36,312 nucleotides of DNA from Bdellovibrionota bacterium (GTDB lineage Bacteria; Bdellovibrionota_C; UBA2361; JBGSMV01), in assembly GCA_044356455.1 (NCBI GenBank), contig JBIKWF010000036.1:1-36312 (forward strand), written 5' to 3'. The position numbers were made by a program, and so were the translations under genes. The first letter of the stretch is position 1. The number at the start of each line of letters is the position of its first letter. The notes under the pieces are model-generated. The model worked only from the letters and a program-made list of their open reading frames with translations. It did no database searches and had not been told where the DNA came from. Shown piece after piece: positions 17,268-27,189 of the stretch.

Positions 17268-19595
17268 ATGCAAGATATGCGTGACGCTACTGGAGTAGGT
17301 ACAGGTCTTGGAATCGATTCCGCCAAGGCGGGGTCTGCGAAACAAAGTACGGGTGTGGCGCCGCTGTCTCCCGCCCCATGGGTAGTTGGGCTCTCACAGC
17401 TCGTAACAAACCTCGTCTCTTTAACTTCAGAGACAGTTGCCAGGAAGTCCTTTCAGTTCCCGAATGTGCAGGGCCTGCGCGCTCAGCTGCATGACTCATC
17501 GTTTGATACGGTGGCCTTTGCAGATCTTATTAAGTCGCTCGCTTTTTGTGGGAAATTAAGAAAGCGAGCTACCAAGCCCATCGTGCCAGTCATGTGTAGC
17601 GCTCGAGGGGTAGATGCGACCAAGGATCCCGAGAACCTGAAAGTGGTAGAGATGCTAGCGACAAAGGCTCACCCTCTTACCGGCGGTGGCCCGGGACTTA
17701 TGGAGGTGGTGAGCCGCCTCGACTTTATGGCCCGCCTTGCAGATCTTACCTGCTCGTTTGTCGAAAAACACCCAGAGCGCGCGCATAATCTGGTCGAGGC
17801 GCTGATGCAGCGTACGACTCGTGTGGGCGAGCGCCTGGTTGATTCTGCCATGCGCTGTGGAATCAAATCCCCGAACTCCGGCCAGGCTCCTCGTTCGCGT
17901 GACGAAATTCTTGCTTATGTGAACGGCGGTGGCCAGTTTTCACCCGATCGTAAAGCTGCCCTTGAGTTGTTCGCGCTTGATCTTGCGATGAACAGCGACC
18001 ATGACATGCTGACCATTCGTGAGTTGTTGAAGGACTCTTGCAAGCTCACCGATACTCAAATTGCAAAGCTCGGACTTGAAGTCTTTGCGGTAAAGATTCA
18101 CATTCCGAGCGAAGAAATCCTCAGCCGATACATTTCCGCAGATACCCAGCTAAACTATTTTTTCGGAAGAAAACTTCCCTTCGCAAAAGAGGGGAAAGTT
18201 GCTTTAGTGATGCCGGGCGGACTGGGTACCTATGAGGAGCTGGTTGAGCTTCTGCAGCAGGGGCTCGATGTCGTAATTTACGGTAAAATGTGGGAGCCTC
18301 TCGTCACGCGTTTGAAGGAGTCCCCCAACCCCGAGCTTAGAGAGCTTGCGAATAAACACCTTCATTATTGTACTTCCCCAGAGGAAGTTGAGCAGGCGTT
18401 GGATCGTCTTCTTCCCAAAGAAATTGAGGCTGGGCGCGAACCTGGCGAGACTTGGTTCGAAGAAGCATATGGCGATCAGGCTCGCGAGTTTATTGCCGCG
18501 CTTCTAGGGACGAAGGAGGAGATTGAAATTGATGCGAGACGCCTCGAAGAGGAGTGTATGGAAGCTCTTGAGGGCGATTCTGATGCTGTTCTTGCAGTAG
18601 AATCAGAGGGAACTACTCACGCTGCTTATTGGTCCCGCAAGTTTGAAGTGGAAGGCCCGCAAACCCCAGAAGCCATATCTAAAAAACTTGGCAAGCAGCA
18701 TCTTAAGGGTGAAGTTTCGCAAGCCTTGCGCAAAGCTCACACGTTAGCTTCAAAAGCTTGTGCTCTTCGAGCAGTAAGCGAAAGTAGAGCTCAGCTTCTT
18801 GAATACCTAGAACCAGATGAAGAGGGAAAACTGAAGCTCGATCTGCGTCTGCTCACGTGGGCCATTGCAGATATGACGGTGGCAAGCTCGGTGCAGTCTC
18901 TCATTCCAGAGAGGAACGGAGTGGCCGTGGTGGGAAGTAGAGCTTCGTACGCCACATACAAGAAGCCTGGAGTAACCGACCCCGGATTGGTAATCGAATC
19001 CCAGCGTCATAAGACAAGTCTTGTTGAGAGTTTCGGCGAAGCATTTGGTAGCTGTACAAACACATTTGTGATCCCAAATGCACGGCCTGATAGTGCCCCT
19101 GCGATGTTCATTCGCTCCTGCTACCGTGCTCGAAATGGCGTTGCTCCGCATTTTATTGAAATCACAAGCGGGTCGAAAGCGGACAGCAGTGTGGACCGCG
19201 CGATAGGCCTGATTGAACACCCTATGGTTGCGGTGCATAGCCAGTTTGCGAAAGAACTCGCTATTACCAAATCAACTAAGGGCGCTCTTTTCTTTGAGGG
19301 CGGGGTTAACACGGAAGCCCTTTTTATTGAGATTCTAGACGGAATTGCGACCGGCAAAATTCCGCGTTCCTATCGTATGGTGCTCGTGGGGAAAGAGTGG
19401 GGGCAGGGGGTTCTAGACTGTATCGATCCTCTTATTAAGGCAAAGCTTGCAGATAGCTACCCGCTTGAATCCATTCTGGTAACTGAAGACCCAGAGGAGG
19501 CGGCTGCCTTTCTTGGACTTACGAAGGCGGGAGAGGAGACAGGCGGAGGGCCAAGCGCATATGGTGACCTTAAGCGCCCACAAGCTCCGGCGTAA
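17268..19595 (+). CDS. Large protein with two LOG/SLOG-family domains (one intact, one degenerate)
   Basis: Domain 1: PVMCSAR, TGGGPGLME, YFFGRK, MPGGLGTYEEL. Domain 2: VAVVGSR, FEGGVNTEAL, MVLVGKEW, VTEDPEEA. GGGGAG RBS before ATG 17268. Confidence 0.8.
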   Translation: MQDMRDATGVGTGLGIDSAKAGSAKQSTGVAPLSPAPWVVGLSQLVTNLVSLTSETVARKSFQFPNVQGLRAQLHDSSFDTVAFADLIKSLAFCGKLRKRATKPIVPVMCSARGVDATKDPENLKVVEMLATKAHPLTGGGPGLMEVVSRLDFMARLADLTCSFVEKHPERAHNLVEALMQRTTRVGERLVDSAMRCGIKSPNSGQAPRSRDEILAYVNGGGQFSPDRKAALELFALDLAMNSDHDMLTIRELLKDSCKLTDTQIAKLGLEVFAVKIHIPSEEILSRYISADTQLNYFFGRKLPFAKEGKVALVMPGGLGTYEELVELLQQGLDVVIYGKMWEPLVTRLKESPNPELRELANKHLHYCTSPEEVEQALDRLLPKEIEAGREPGETWFEEAYGDQAREFIAALLGTKEEIEIDARRLEEECMEALEGDSDAVLAVESEGTTHAAYWSRKFEVEGPQTPEAISKKLGKQHLKGEVSQALRKAHTLASKACALRAVSESRAQLLEYLEPDEEGKLKLDLRLLTWAIADMTVASSVQSLIPERNGVAVVGSRASYATYKKPGVTDPGLVIESQRHKTSLVESFGEAFGSCTNTFVIPNARPDSAPAMFIRSCYRARNGVAPHFIEITSGSKADSSVDRAIGLIEHPMVAVHSQFAKELAITKSTKGALFFEGGVNTEALFIEILDGIATGKIPRSYRMVLVGKEWGQGVLDCIDPLIKAKLADSYPLESILVTEDPEEAAAFLGLTKAGEETGGGPSAYGDLKRPQAPA

Positions 19596-19751
19596 GTTTC
19601 CAAGGTGCCGCAAGGCTCTCCTTGTGGCATCGTTGCGGGGAGCCTGTCCCGTCAAAATTTATTCCACTACATGGGGTGGTGGTAATGGGACAGCCCACCT
19701 AGGGATTGTTTCCAAAATGAAGAGTTATGTTTCTACGGGACACACTCCTCA

Positions 19752-21113
19752 GTGATTTCCCGCAGGTCCGTCTTCGCCTTATTTCCCTACGTTGCTCTCT
19801 TTCTTGGAGTTTTTTTTCTCCATGGGACGAGTAGGGTTACCACCGAGAACTCTGATTCGAGGTGGAGTCTTTACGCGGCTCATAGCCTCATCCATGAAGG
19901 CAATCTAGAGCTTTCGGAGTTCGAGTCTGATATTACCAAGGCAAAGGGCTACTGCATTCACCGTGTGCATGGGCGGCCCTATAACCTTTTCCCCCCAATT
20001 CCCTCGCTTGTAGCGGTGCCGTTTGTTCTGCTCGTCGAGCGTTACCCCGCGTTCGCTGAGCTTCTTCTTCCAGGTATAGGCTCCCTAGAGAAGGGAAAGG
20101 AGGACAGCGGGGAAATGCCGGGCTTTCTCTCGCATCGGGGCGGAATTGAAAGAGCAGCGGCCTCCGCGATTACGGCTCTTACTGCAGTCCTCATCTTGGT
20201 GCTTGCGCGAGGCAGCCTAGGATTTGTGTCTGCCATCGGAATCTCCCTCTTGTTTTCCTTTGGGACAAGCGCGTGGTCCGTAGCGAGCAGATCGCTTTGG
20301 CAGCATGGGCCGTCTATGCTTCTCGTTACTTTGGCGCTGGTGCTTATTACGCGCGGGCCACGCTCTTTAAGCTCCTCCGCAGCTCTTGGGGGTACGCTTG
20401 CGCTCGCTTACATCGCGAGGCCTACCAACGCTCCCTTTGCGCTTCTCTTGATCTTGTATCTTCTTCTCTATCACCGTGCTCAGGTCGCAGTAATAATTGC
20501 GGCTTTTTCAGGCGTTTTGGCACTCTTTGCGGCATGGTCTTGGGATGTGTATGGCACCTTTCTTCCTCCCTACTATCAGCCCACGCGGCTTGTAGGGACT
20601 GAGACCTTTATTGAGGCGTTTTGGGGCAATTTGATAAGCCCGGGACGCGGCATATTTGTATATTCGCCTGTCTTTCTCTTTGCCTGCTGGGGGGCAGTCC
20701 TGCACCTAAGGCGCAGCACGGATCGCCCGCTTTGTTTCTTTATCCTCACTGCACTAGTGCTTCATACTACCGCGGTTTCACTCCTCCCCCATTGGTGGGG
20801 TGGTTTTGCCTATGGCCCGCGCTTTATGAGCGATATGATTCCGCTCTTTATGTATCTTCTCATTCCTGTGGCGTATGAAATTGAGCAGCGGCTCAAGGCG
20901 CGGCAGATAATGATGCCGGCTATGTTTCTGTGTGTGGTAGTCCTCTCAATTTGGATGCATATGCAGGGAGCTACTAACCGAGCGACGCAGCGCTGGGATA
21001 AGGTGCCGCGCTCGATTGATCAAGAACCTGCGCGGCTCTGGAGTTGGAGCTCTCCTTCGTTTCTTGCTCGAAAAGATAATTTACACCCAATTGACGGCAG
21101 GAAACCCGATTGA
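19752..21113 (+). CDS. Polytopic membrane protein, probable GT-C fold glycosyltransferase (ArnT/PMT-like)
   Basis: About 11 hydrophobic segments; SDSRW after TM1, SRSLWQHG, ARPTN, SPGRGIFVYSP, WWGGFAYGPRF. Confidence 0.7.
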   Translation: MISRRSVFALFPYVALFLGVFFLHGTSRVTTENSDSRWSLYAAHSLIHEGNLELSEFESDITKAKGYCIHRVHGRPYNLFPPIPSLVAVPFVLLVERYPAFAELLLPGIGSLEKGKEDSGEMPGFLSHRGGIERAAASAITALTAVLILVLARGSLGFVSAIGISLLFSFGTSAWSVASRSLWQHGPSMLLVTLALVLITRGPRSLSSSAALGGTLALAYIARPTNAPFALLLILYLLLYHRAQVAVIIAAFSGVLALFAAWSWDVYGTFLPPYYQPTRLVGTETFIEAFWGNLISPGRGIFVYSPVFLFACWGAVLHLRRSTDRPLCFFILTALVLHTTAVSLLPHWWGGFAYGPRFMSDMIPLFMYLLIPVAYEIEQRLKARQIMMPAMFLCVVVLSIWMHMQGATNRATQRWDKVPRSIDQEPARLWSWSSPSFLARKDNLHPIDGRKPD

Positions 21114-21226
21114 GATTGAGCCATCGATTGAATGCCCTACTTAGGAGTTCAATGAAAGTTTCGCCTCCGCGGTGAGGCCATCATGGAGAATTCCGCCACG
21201 GCCGGGATGCGCGAACTTGAGGTGTG

Positions 21227-23194
21227 TTATGCGAGTCCCAACAGTGCATCGCGCTCGAGATTGATTTGATAGCGGGATCTTGCCGCTTCGACGATCTGCG
21301 CCGCAAATTTGTCATGGTCTCGCAATATTCTTGAGAAATCGGCTTGGGCGAGAACGTAAAGATCGCACCCAGACTTGGCGCGAACTGTCGCTGAACGCGG
21401 GGCGGACGAAAGTAGTCCCATTTCCCCAAAAAAGTCACCATCTCGCAGTTCCTTAAGCACTTCTCCGTTCTCCCCGAGTACTTCGACATGGCCACGCGCC
21501 AAGATGTACATCTCTCGGCCTTGAGCGCCTTTGGTGAGTATCGCATCTCCTTCGGCGACCGTAAGAGGTTTAAGGGCCATTGAAATCTGCGAAAGAAGAA
21601 GAGGATCGCCATCTTTAAAGAGCGCAACCTTTTTTAGGGTATCCTCCGATACCACCTCAAACCAGCGTCGCCCCTCTCTCTGAATCAAGTCGGAGGCTGC
21701 CTTAGGCCCCCAGCTGCCGCGTGCATAATTGGGGAAGGACACAGGTGCTGTTCTCCAGTGATCCAGGAGTGGCTGCGCGATGCGCCATGCGGCTTCAACG
21801 AGGTCTCCCCGAGAAAACAAAGTCGCATCGCCATGGGTGCACGAGTAGATCATGACTTCGTAGCCAGTGTAGCGCGAGGCCTTAAAGGCATCTCCGTAGC
21901 TAAAGCGCATGTTCACTGGCTGCAGTTGCAAGGTGGGGCCGGGGATCTTGGCATGGAACTGAGTTTCTATCCCTTGAAAGGGTTGAATGTGAAAGATAAG
22001 TCGGTTGTTGTCGAGATTGTGCACCGGAGTGCCGCGGAAAAGTACTTCGGGAGCTCTTTTAAATTCGACTACGATTTCTGTGCCGCGCTTCCAAAGAGAC
22101 TTCCCGGAGCGCAAGTAAATGGGAACACCCTCCCAGCGCCAGTTGTCGATATGCAGGCGCACGGCGGCATAAGTTTCCGTGGATGAGGAGGGATTTACAC
22201 CCTTCTCTTGGCGGTACCCAGGTTTCACTATTGCGCCATTTTCTCCAACTTCGGGACCATACTGGCCTCGAACCACATAGCGCGCGACTTCCTCGGGGGA
22301 ATAGGCGCGGACCGCCTGAAGAAGTTTCGCTTTTTCGTTGCGAATCGCATCGGATGCGAATGAGCTCGGAGCCTCCATGCAGAGATAGGCCAGCATCTGG
22401 AACATATGATTTTGAATCATATCGCGTAGAACGCCAGAGCTATCATAATAGCCGCCGCGTCCCTCGACACCCACCGCCTCTGAGACGTTGAATTGAATAT
22501 TGTCGATGTAGTGATTGTTCCAGAGCGGCTCGAACATGCGATTGCTAAAACGGAAGGCGAGCAGGTTCTGGACCGTTTCCTTACCCAAGTAATGATCGAC
22601 GCGGTAGATTTGGTCTTCGCTCCAGTGAGAAAGGACGTCTTGGTTGAGCTTAAGAGCCGAAGCTAGGTCCGTCCCAAAGGGCTTTTCAACAATAATTCTC
22701 TTCCAGCCTGGCCCGTCTTTAAAGCCGTGAGCATGAAGCTTCTCGCAAATGAGCCCAAAGAACTGAGGCGCAGTAGCGAAGTAAAATAGAACATTTCCGC
22801 CGCATTGATAGCGAGAATCCAAGGCCGCGAGCTCCGCCTTTAACTTCTGGTACGTCGAGTCCTCGCCAAACGCTCCTTGCACATAGTTAAAGCGCGCAAT
22901 CAGATTATCCCAAGGAGCTTTCTCGAACTCCTTTCGTGTGTGAAAGGAGGCAATGTCGTTGCTGAGAGAGTCTCGAAAAGCCTCTGTGGTTCTTGCTCCC
23001 GTCGCCGTGCCGAGCACCGCAAAATTGTCAGAAAGCAGTTTGTCGCAGGCGAGATTGTAAAGTGCCGGTACAAGAAGCCGTTTCGTGAGATCCCCAGATG
23101 CTCCAAAAATGAGCATGACGCAAGGTTGGCTAAGGGGATTAGCACTCTGCGACTCGCGTCCATAAGATCCAAAAACATGAGACGTTTCAACCAT
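21227..23194 (-). CDS. zwf: Glucose-6-phosphate 1-dehydrogenase fused to a C-terminal cyclic-nucleotide-binding domain
   Basis: IFGASGDLTKR, VEKPFG, YRVDHYLGKE, DMIQNH, WRWEGVPIYLRSGK, GSWGP; then a CAP_ED-type domain with FFGEMGLLSSAPRSATVRA. Confidence 0.95.
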   Translation of the reverse strand: MVETSHVFGSYGRESQSANPLSQPCVMLIFGASGDLTKRLLVPALYNLACDKLLSDNFAVLGTATGARTTEAFRDSLSNDIASFHTRKEFEKAPWDNLIARFNYVQGAFGEDSTYQKLKAELAALDSRYQCGGNVLFYFATAPQFFGLICEKLHAHGFKDGPGWKRIIVEKPFGTDLASALKLNQDVLSHWSEDQIYRVDHYLGKETVQNLLAFRFSNRMFEPLWNNHYIDNIQFNVSEAVGVEGRGGYYDSSGVLRDMIQNHMFQMLAYLCMEAPSSFASDAIRNEKAKLLQAVRAYSPEEVARYVVRGQYGPEVGENGAIVKPGYRQEKGVNPSSSTETYAAVRLHIDNWRWEGVPIYLRSGKSLWKRGTEIVVEFKRAPEVLFRGTPVHNLDNNRLIFHIQPFQGIETQFHAKIPGPTLQLQPVNMRFSYGDAFKASRYTGYEVMIYSCTHGDATLFSRGDLVEAAWRIAQPLLDHWRTAPVSFPNYARGSWGPKAASDLIQREGRRWFEVVSEDTLKKVALFKDGDPLLLSQISMALKPLTVAEGDAILTKGAQGREMYILARGHVEVLGENGEVLKELRDGDFFGEMGLLSSAPRSATVRAKSGCDLYVLAQADFSRILRDHDKFAAQIVEAARSRYQINLERDALLGLA

Positions 23195-23280
23195 AAGACA
23201 CTCTCCGGCTAGAGTATGAACGTTCCGTCGCCTTCACAAATCAAGCAAGTCAAAATTCCTTCCCCAAGCCCCAAGCGTTT

Positions 23281-23376
23281 TCTCAGAGACCTTGCGCGGC
23301 CGATTTCACCTTTCCTGGGGGGGGCCTAAATCCTGCTCTCAGAGACCCTAAATCCTGCTCTCAGAGACCTTGCGCG
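23281..23376. repeat. Direct-repeat cluster upstream of the transposase
   Basis: 22-bp tandem CCTAAATCCTGCTCTCAGAGAC (23325-23346, 23347-23368); 18-bp TCTCAGAGACCTTGCGCG at 23281-23298 and 23359-23376. Confidence 0.93.
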
Positions 23377-23410
23377 CAACTTTCTGTAAGAAATCTCGAT
23401 ATAGGTAGCC

Positions 23411-24343
23411 ATGAGCTACCACAACCGCATAGAAGACCCTGAGTTAGCGAACCTGCTCACAACTCGGACCAAGAACTCCGAGCTATGGTTCGTGAACAAT
23501 CCTCGCCTTGAGGAACTAATCCTTGGCTACACCGCTAAGTACGCGGATCGTTACGGGGTAAAACTTTACGCCCTCGCCATAGAGGGCAACCACATCCAGG
23601 GCCCCGCCCTCTTCCCCGAAGGTAACCGCGCGTCCTTCATGAGAGATTTAAACTCCTCCATAGCCCGCGCCGTGCAGCGGGAGACAAAGCACCCGGGAGG
23701 GCACGTCTGGGCCCGTAGATACTCAAATGAGTTCCTGCCCCGAGACCAGGACGTGGAGAAGTACTTCTTCTATACGGTTCTGCAGGCAGTCCAAGACGGG
23801 CTCGTAGACCGAATCTCCGATTACCCAGGGTATAACTGTTTCCATGACGCTATCTGGGGCAGGGAGCACAAGTTTAAGGTGGTAAGGTGGGGCGATTACA
23901 ATTCGGCGAAGCGCTGGAAGCGTCCTATCGCCATTAAGGATTACACAGACACCGTGGTGCTCAAATTTGAGCGCCTACCAGGGTATGAGAACCTGTCCCA
24001 GAAGGAGTACGCAGAGCTGATGATGCGTAAGCTTGAGGAATACCGGCAGATTGCTCTCAGGGAGAGAGGTAGCAAGCCGTGTATGGGGACAGAGAGGCTA
24101 AAGCAGGTGCGCCCGGGTAGTCTGCCGAAGAACACAAAGACTTCTACCATTCATAGTCATAGGCCCCGGGTTCTTTCAGATTGTCCTAAGAAGCGCGATG
24201 AATGCAAAGACTGGTACTTCAAGATCTACTTTGAATACAAGGAGTGTTCGAAGGCCTACCGCAAAGGTGATCGCACCGTCGTCTTCCCGCCGGGAACGTA
24301 TCCGCCGCATTTGCCGGTAACAGAGCGTAGAGAAGGCACGTAG
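23411..24343 (+). mobile_element. RAYT/IS200-like (Y1) HUH-superfamily transposase with HUQ variant motif
   Basis: LLTTRT N-terminal strand, VKLYALAIEGNHIQ (HUH position), FMRDLNSSIAR, GHVWARRY, YTVLQAVQDGLV (catalytic Tyr region), C-terminal VVFPPGTY. Confidence 0.82.
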
Positions 24344-24651
24344 CTGCCGCATCGCCACCGAACACCAGAAACACCCCAATCGAAGGGAGGCTTTGCTTCC
24401 TGGCGCGGCCTCGTGGGTGCGCATTCAGTTTTAACTCGTTTTCTTCTGACACCGCGACTTTCGCTCCGCGATTTGCAGCGAATTCAAAGCGCGCCGACCT
24501 AAATCCTTCCGCTTACGACTGGTCTTGTGCGTGTACGCCGGTGCTCTTAAGTATGACCGCGCATATTCTCTGAGAAAAAGTGAAAGGTGAAAGAAAAAGT
24601 GAAAAAGTAAGGTAGCTGAGAGACCGTACGACGCGGAGAAAAAGGCGGCGC

Positions 24652-25638
24652 TTATTTTATTTCCTCTGCTGTTTCGGTGCCCTTCTTGTCTTCGAGGGAC
24701 TTCTTGATTGCTCGGCGCAAGATAAAGCTGCGCTTCGCGTCGTCCGTTACCTCGACAATATTGTCATAAAGCTTAGAGTCGATGAGTAGCGCTCCTAGGG
24801 TGCCGCTGCCTTGGGCGAGCGCTTGTGAGGCGGTCTCTAAGTGCGAGGCGGTGCGGTTTAGAGAGGCAATCAGGTCGCTCATGCCCTGAGGGCTTTCTCC
24901 GTAAATTAAATTGTTAAGCAAACCTTTGCCGCTCTTCACTTGAGTTGCAATGTCGGCAATCCCGGAAGATGCTTCAGCCAGGGCTTTTGCGGTTTCGGAG
25001 ATAGACCCCACGGTTTCTTTGCCTTGCGGATTATAAATCAGGCCGCTGAGCAAGCCCTTACCGTTTTTGATTTCATCAGCTATCGCCGAGACGCTGTTTA
25101 TAGTGCGAGTGAGATCGTCAAGTGGCGCGCCTTCGATTTCAGAAAGGATTGAATTTATCTTGGTCGTGATCTGAGCGGTGTTGTCCATTACGGTGCCAAT
25201 CTGGCCCATTGCTTGTCCGATATCACTCGCTTCAATGGGGGCAATCTTAATCTTCGGGTCTAGTTGGGTTGGGCTAGTGCCTCCTACTACGGTGACAAAT
25301 CTATCTCCCAGAAGACCCTGGGTATCTATCGTGGCAGTTGCATCGGTTCTTAGGCGCGGGGCAAATTCTTCGTTTACGAGCAGTTCAACGTACACATTGG
25401 GATCTTTGATGTCAGAGGCAAATTTTATGCTTGCGACTCGCCCAATAGTGATTCCGCCTAAGCGCACGGGTGCGCCTGGATTAAGTCCTTTGATGTCACG
25501 AAAGGTGGTTTGGTAGGGAACCTGTTCTGAGAATACCTGACGGTCCTTGCCTAAAATAAATATGCTGACGCAGAACATCGCCAGCGCGATGAGGAGAAAT
25601 ACCCCGGCTTGGAGCTCGTATTTAGCAGTGGAACTCAT
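24652..25638 (-). CDS. mlaD: MCE-domain protein MlaD family
   Basis: N-terminal TM, GLNPGAPVRLGGITIGRV, TQGLLGDRFV, helical tail with three G-x-G-x-L-x-x-L-I repeats. Confidence 0.92.
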   Translation of the reverse strand: MSSTAKYELQAGVFLLIALAMFCVSIFILGKDRQVFSEQVPYQTTFRDIKGLNPGAPVRLGGITIGRVASIKFASDIKDPNVYVELLVNEEFAPRLRTDATATIDTQGLLGDRFVTVVGGTSPTQLDPKIKIAPIEASDIGQAMGQIGTVMDNTAQITTKINSILSEIEGAPLDDLTRTINSVSAIADEIKNGKGLLSGLIYNPQGKETVGSISETAKALAEASSGIADIATQVKSGKGLLNNLIYGESPQGMSDLIASLNRTASHLETASQALAQGSGTLGALLIDSKLYDNIVEVTDDAKRSFILRRAIKKSLEDKKGTETAEEIK

Positions 25639-25668
25639 AGTGTATCCTCTTACGGACGTGCTTCTGAT

Positions 25669-26436
25669 TTAGTCGTCTTTCCAATTTCCAGAAATGAATC
25701 GCTTAACTTCGGGGTGTGTTTCGGCAAGTTCCCGTGAAGGCCCCTCGACGACTACTTCCCCGTCACTTACGAGAATCCAGCGGTCAGAGATGCGCCTTGC
25801 ACTCTCGATATCGTGAGTAACCACCACACAGGTAATCCCAAATTCTCTCTTCACGGTCAGTATCAGGTCGTCGATCATTCTAATAGCGGTTGGGTCGAGG
25901 CCTGTCGTCGGCTCATCGAATAAGACGACGCGTGGCGAGCTCGCGAGCGCTCGCGCCAGTCCTACCCGCTTCTTTTGGCCACCAGAAAGCTGAGGGGGAT
26001 ACTTCATGCTAATCCCGCCTAGTCCGACGACCCGCAAGCGTTCTTCAACTGTTTCTCTAATCTGAGCCTCGGTGTAGCCGCCAAACTCTCGCAAGGGATA
26101 GGCCACATTTTCAAAGACACTTAACGAGTCGAAAAGTGCAGCGCCCTGAAACAACATTCCGACATTCCGACGTATATGCCGCAACGCTCCTTCGCTCATG
26201 CCGCAAAGCTCTTGGTCAAAAACCCACACTTTGCCTTTCGTGGGGCGGAGAAGCCCCACTATCATTTTTAGAATGAGGGTCTTTCCCGTGCCGCTTGGAC
26301 CAAGAATGGTTACGACCTCTCCTGGATCCACGTGCAGGTTAATGTTGCGGTGAATCACGACACTTCCAAACTGCATGCCGATATTTTCAAGCCTTACTAT
26401 AGGAGTGCTCTCCTTGAGGACTGATGCCGGTGCCAT
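25669..26436 (-). CDS. mlaF: Mla/MCE ABC transporter ATP-binding protein
   Basis: Walker A GPSGTGKT, FQGAALFDSL, LSGGQKKRVGLARAL, DEPTTGLDP, VTHD. Confidence 0.93.
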   Translation of the reverse strand: MAPASVLKESTPIVRLENIGMQFGSVVIHRNINLHVDPGEVVTILGPSGTGKTLILKMIVGLLRPTKGKVWVFDQELCGMSEGALRHIRRNVGMLFQGAALFDSLSVFENVAYPLREFGGYTEAQIRETVEERLRVVGLGGISMKYPPQLSGGQKKRVGLARALASSPRVVLFDEPTTGLDPTAIRMIDDLILTVKREFGITCVVVTHDIESARRISDRWILVSDGEVVVEGPSRELAETHPEVKRFISGNWKDD

Positions 26437-26439
26437 AGG

Positions 26440-27189
26440 TTATCCCACCCTTATGAGAAACTGGGTTAGGAAGAAGTCAGAGATGAGAATGGCTATGGAA
26501 ATGGTGACTACACTTGCGGTGGTTGTGGCGCCCACACCTTCAGTCCCGCCGCGTGCGTGCAGTCCCTTAAAACACGCGATGCTTGCGACGAGAATACCGA
26601 AGACAAAGCTCTTCGATAAGCCGTCAAAGACGTCGCGGTAGTACACCATGTTGAGAATCGATTGGTAGTATTGGAAGGCCGTAATGTCGAGCTGGTAGAC
26701 GGCAATGAGTGCGCCGCCATAAATGCCGACAATGTTGGCAATCATCACCAAAAGGGGAACTACAATGATGGCGGCTACCACCCTGGGGGCTACGAGTTTC
26801 CTAATCGGATTTGCTCCGAGAGCCCGCATCGCGTCAACTTGCTCTGTAACTACCATCGAGGCGATCTCGGCGGCGATGCCTGCGCCCACTCGTCCGGCTA
26901 GCATAAGAGCGGTAAGTACGGGCCCTAATTCTCGCACCAGGGAGAGACTGACAATGTTGCCAACGTAGTTCTTCGCGCCAAAACGCTGGAGCCCATAGGC
27001 GGTTTGGAGTGCAAGCACCATCCCCGTGAAGACGGCAGTGAGCAAAACCACGGGGAGTGACATGGTCCCAATTTTGACAATTTGTCGCGAGGTCTCTGCA
27101 ACATTGACGCCGCGGCGAGTAACGTCCTTAAAGACATCTACGAGCATGAGCCAATATGCGCCCAGATCTTGAAGATAGCCTTTAATCAC
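26440..27189 (-). CDS. mlaE: Mla/MCE ABC transporter permease
   Basis: RELGPVLTALMLAGRVG, TEQVDAMRALG, GGTEGVGATTTASVV. Confidence 0.95.
   Translation of the reverse strand: MIKGYLQDLGAYWLMLVDVFKDVTRRGVNVAETSRQIVKIGTMSLPVVLLTAVFTGMVLALQTAYGLQRFGAKNYVGNIVSLSLVRELGPVLTALMLAGRVGAGIAAEIASMVVTEQVDAMRALGANPIRKLVAPRVVAAIIVVPLLVMIANIVGIYGGALIAVYQLDITAFQYYQSILNMVYYRDVFDGLSKSFVFGILVASIACFKGLHARGGTEGVGATTTASVVTISIAILISDFFLTQFLIRVG

Noticed and set aside
23281..23376. Possible CRISPR-like repeat-spacer array next to the transposase
   Set aside because: Only 2-3 short overlapping repeats with irregular spacing; better explained as duplications.
24572..24612. GAAAAAGT-like purine-rich simple repeat
   Set aside because: Low-complexity and short; no function can be supported.
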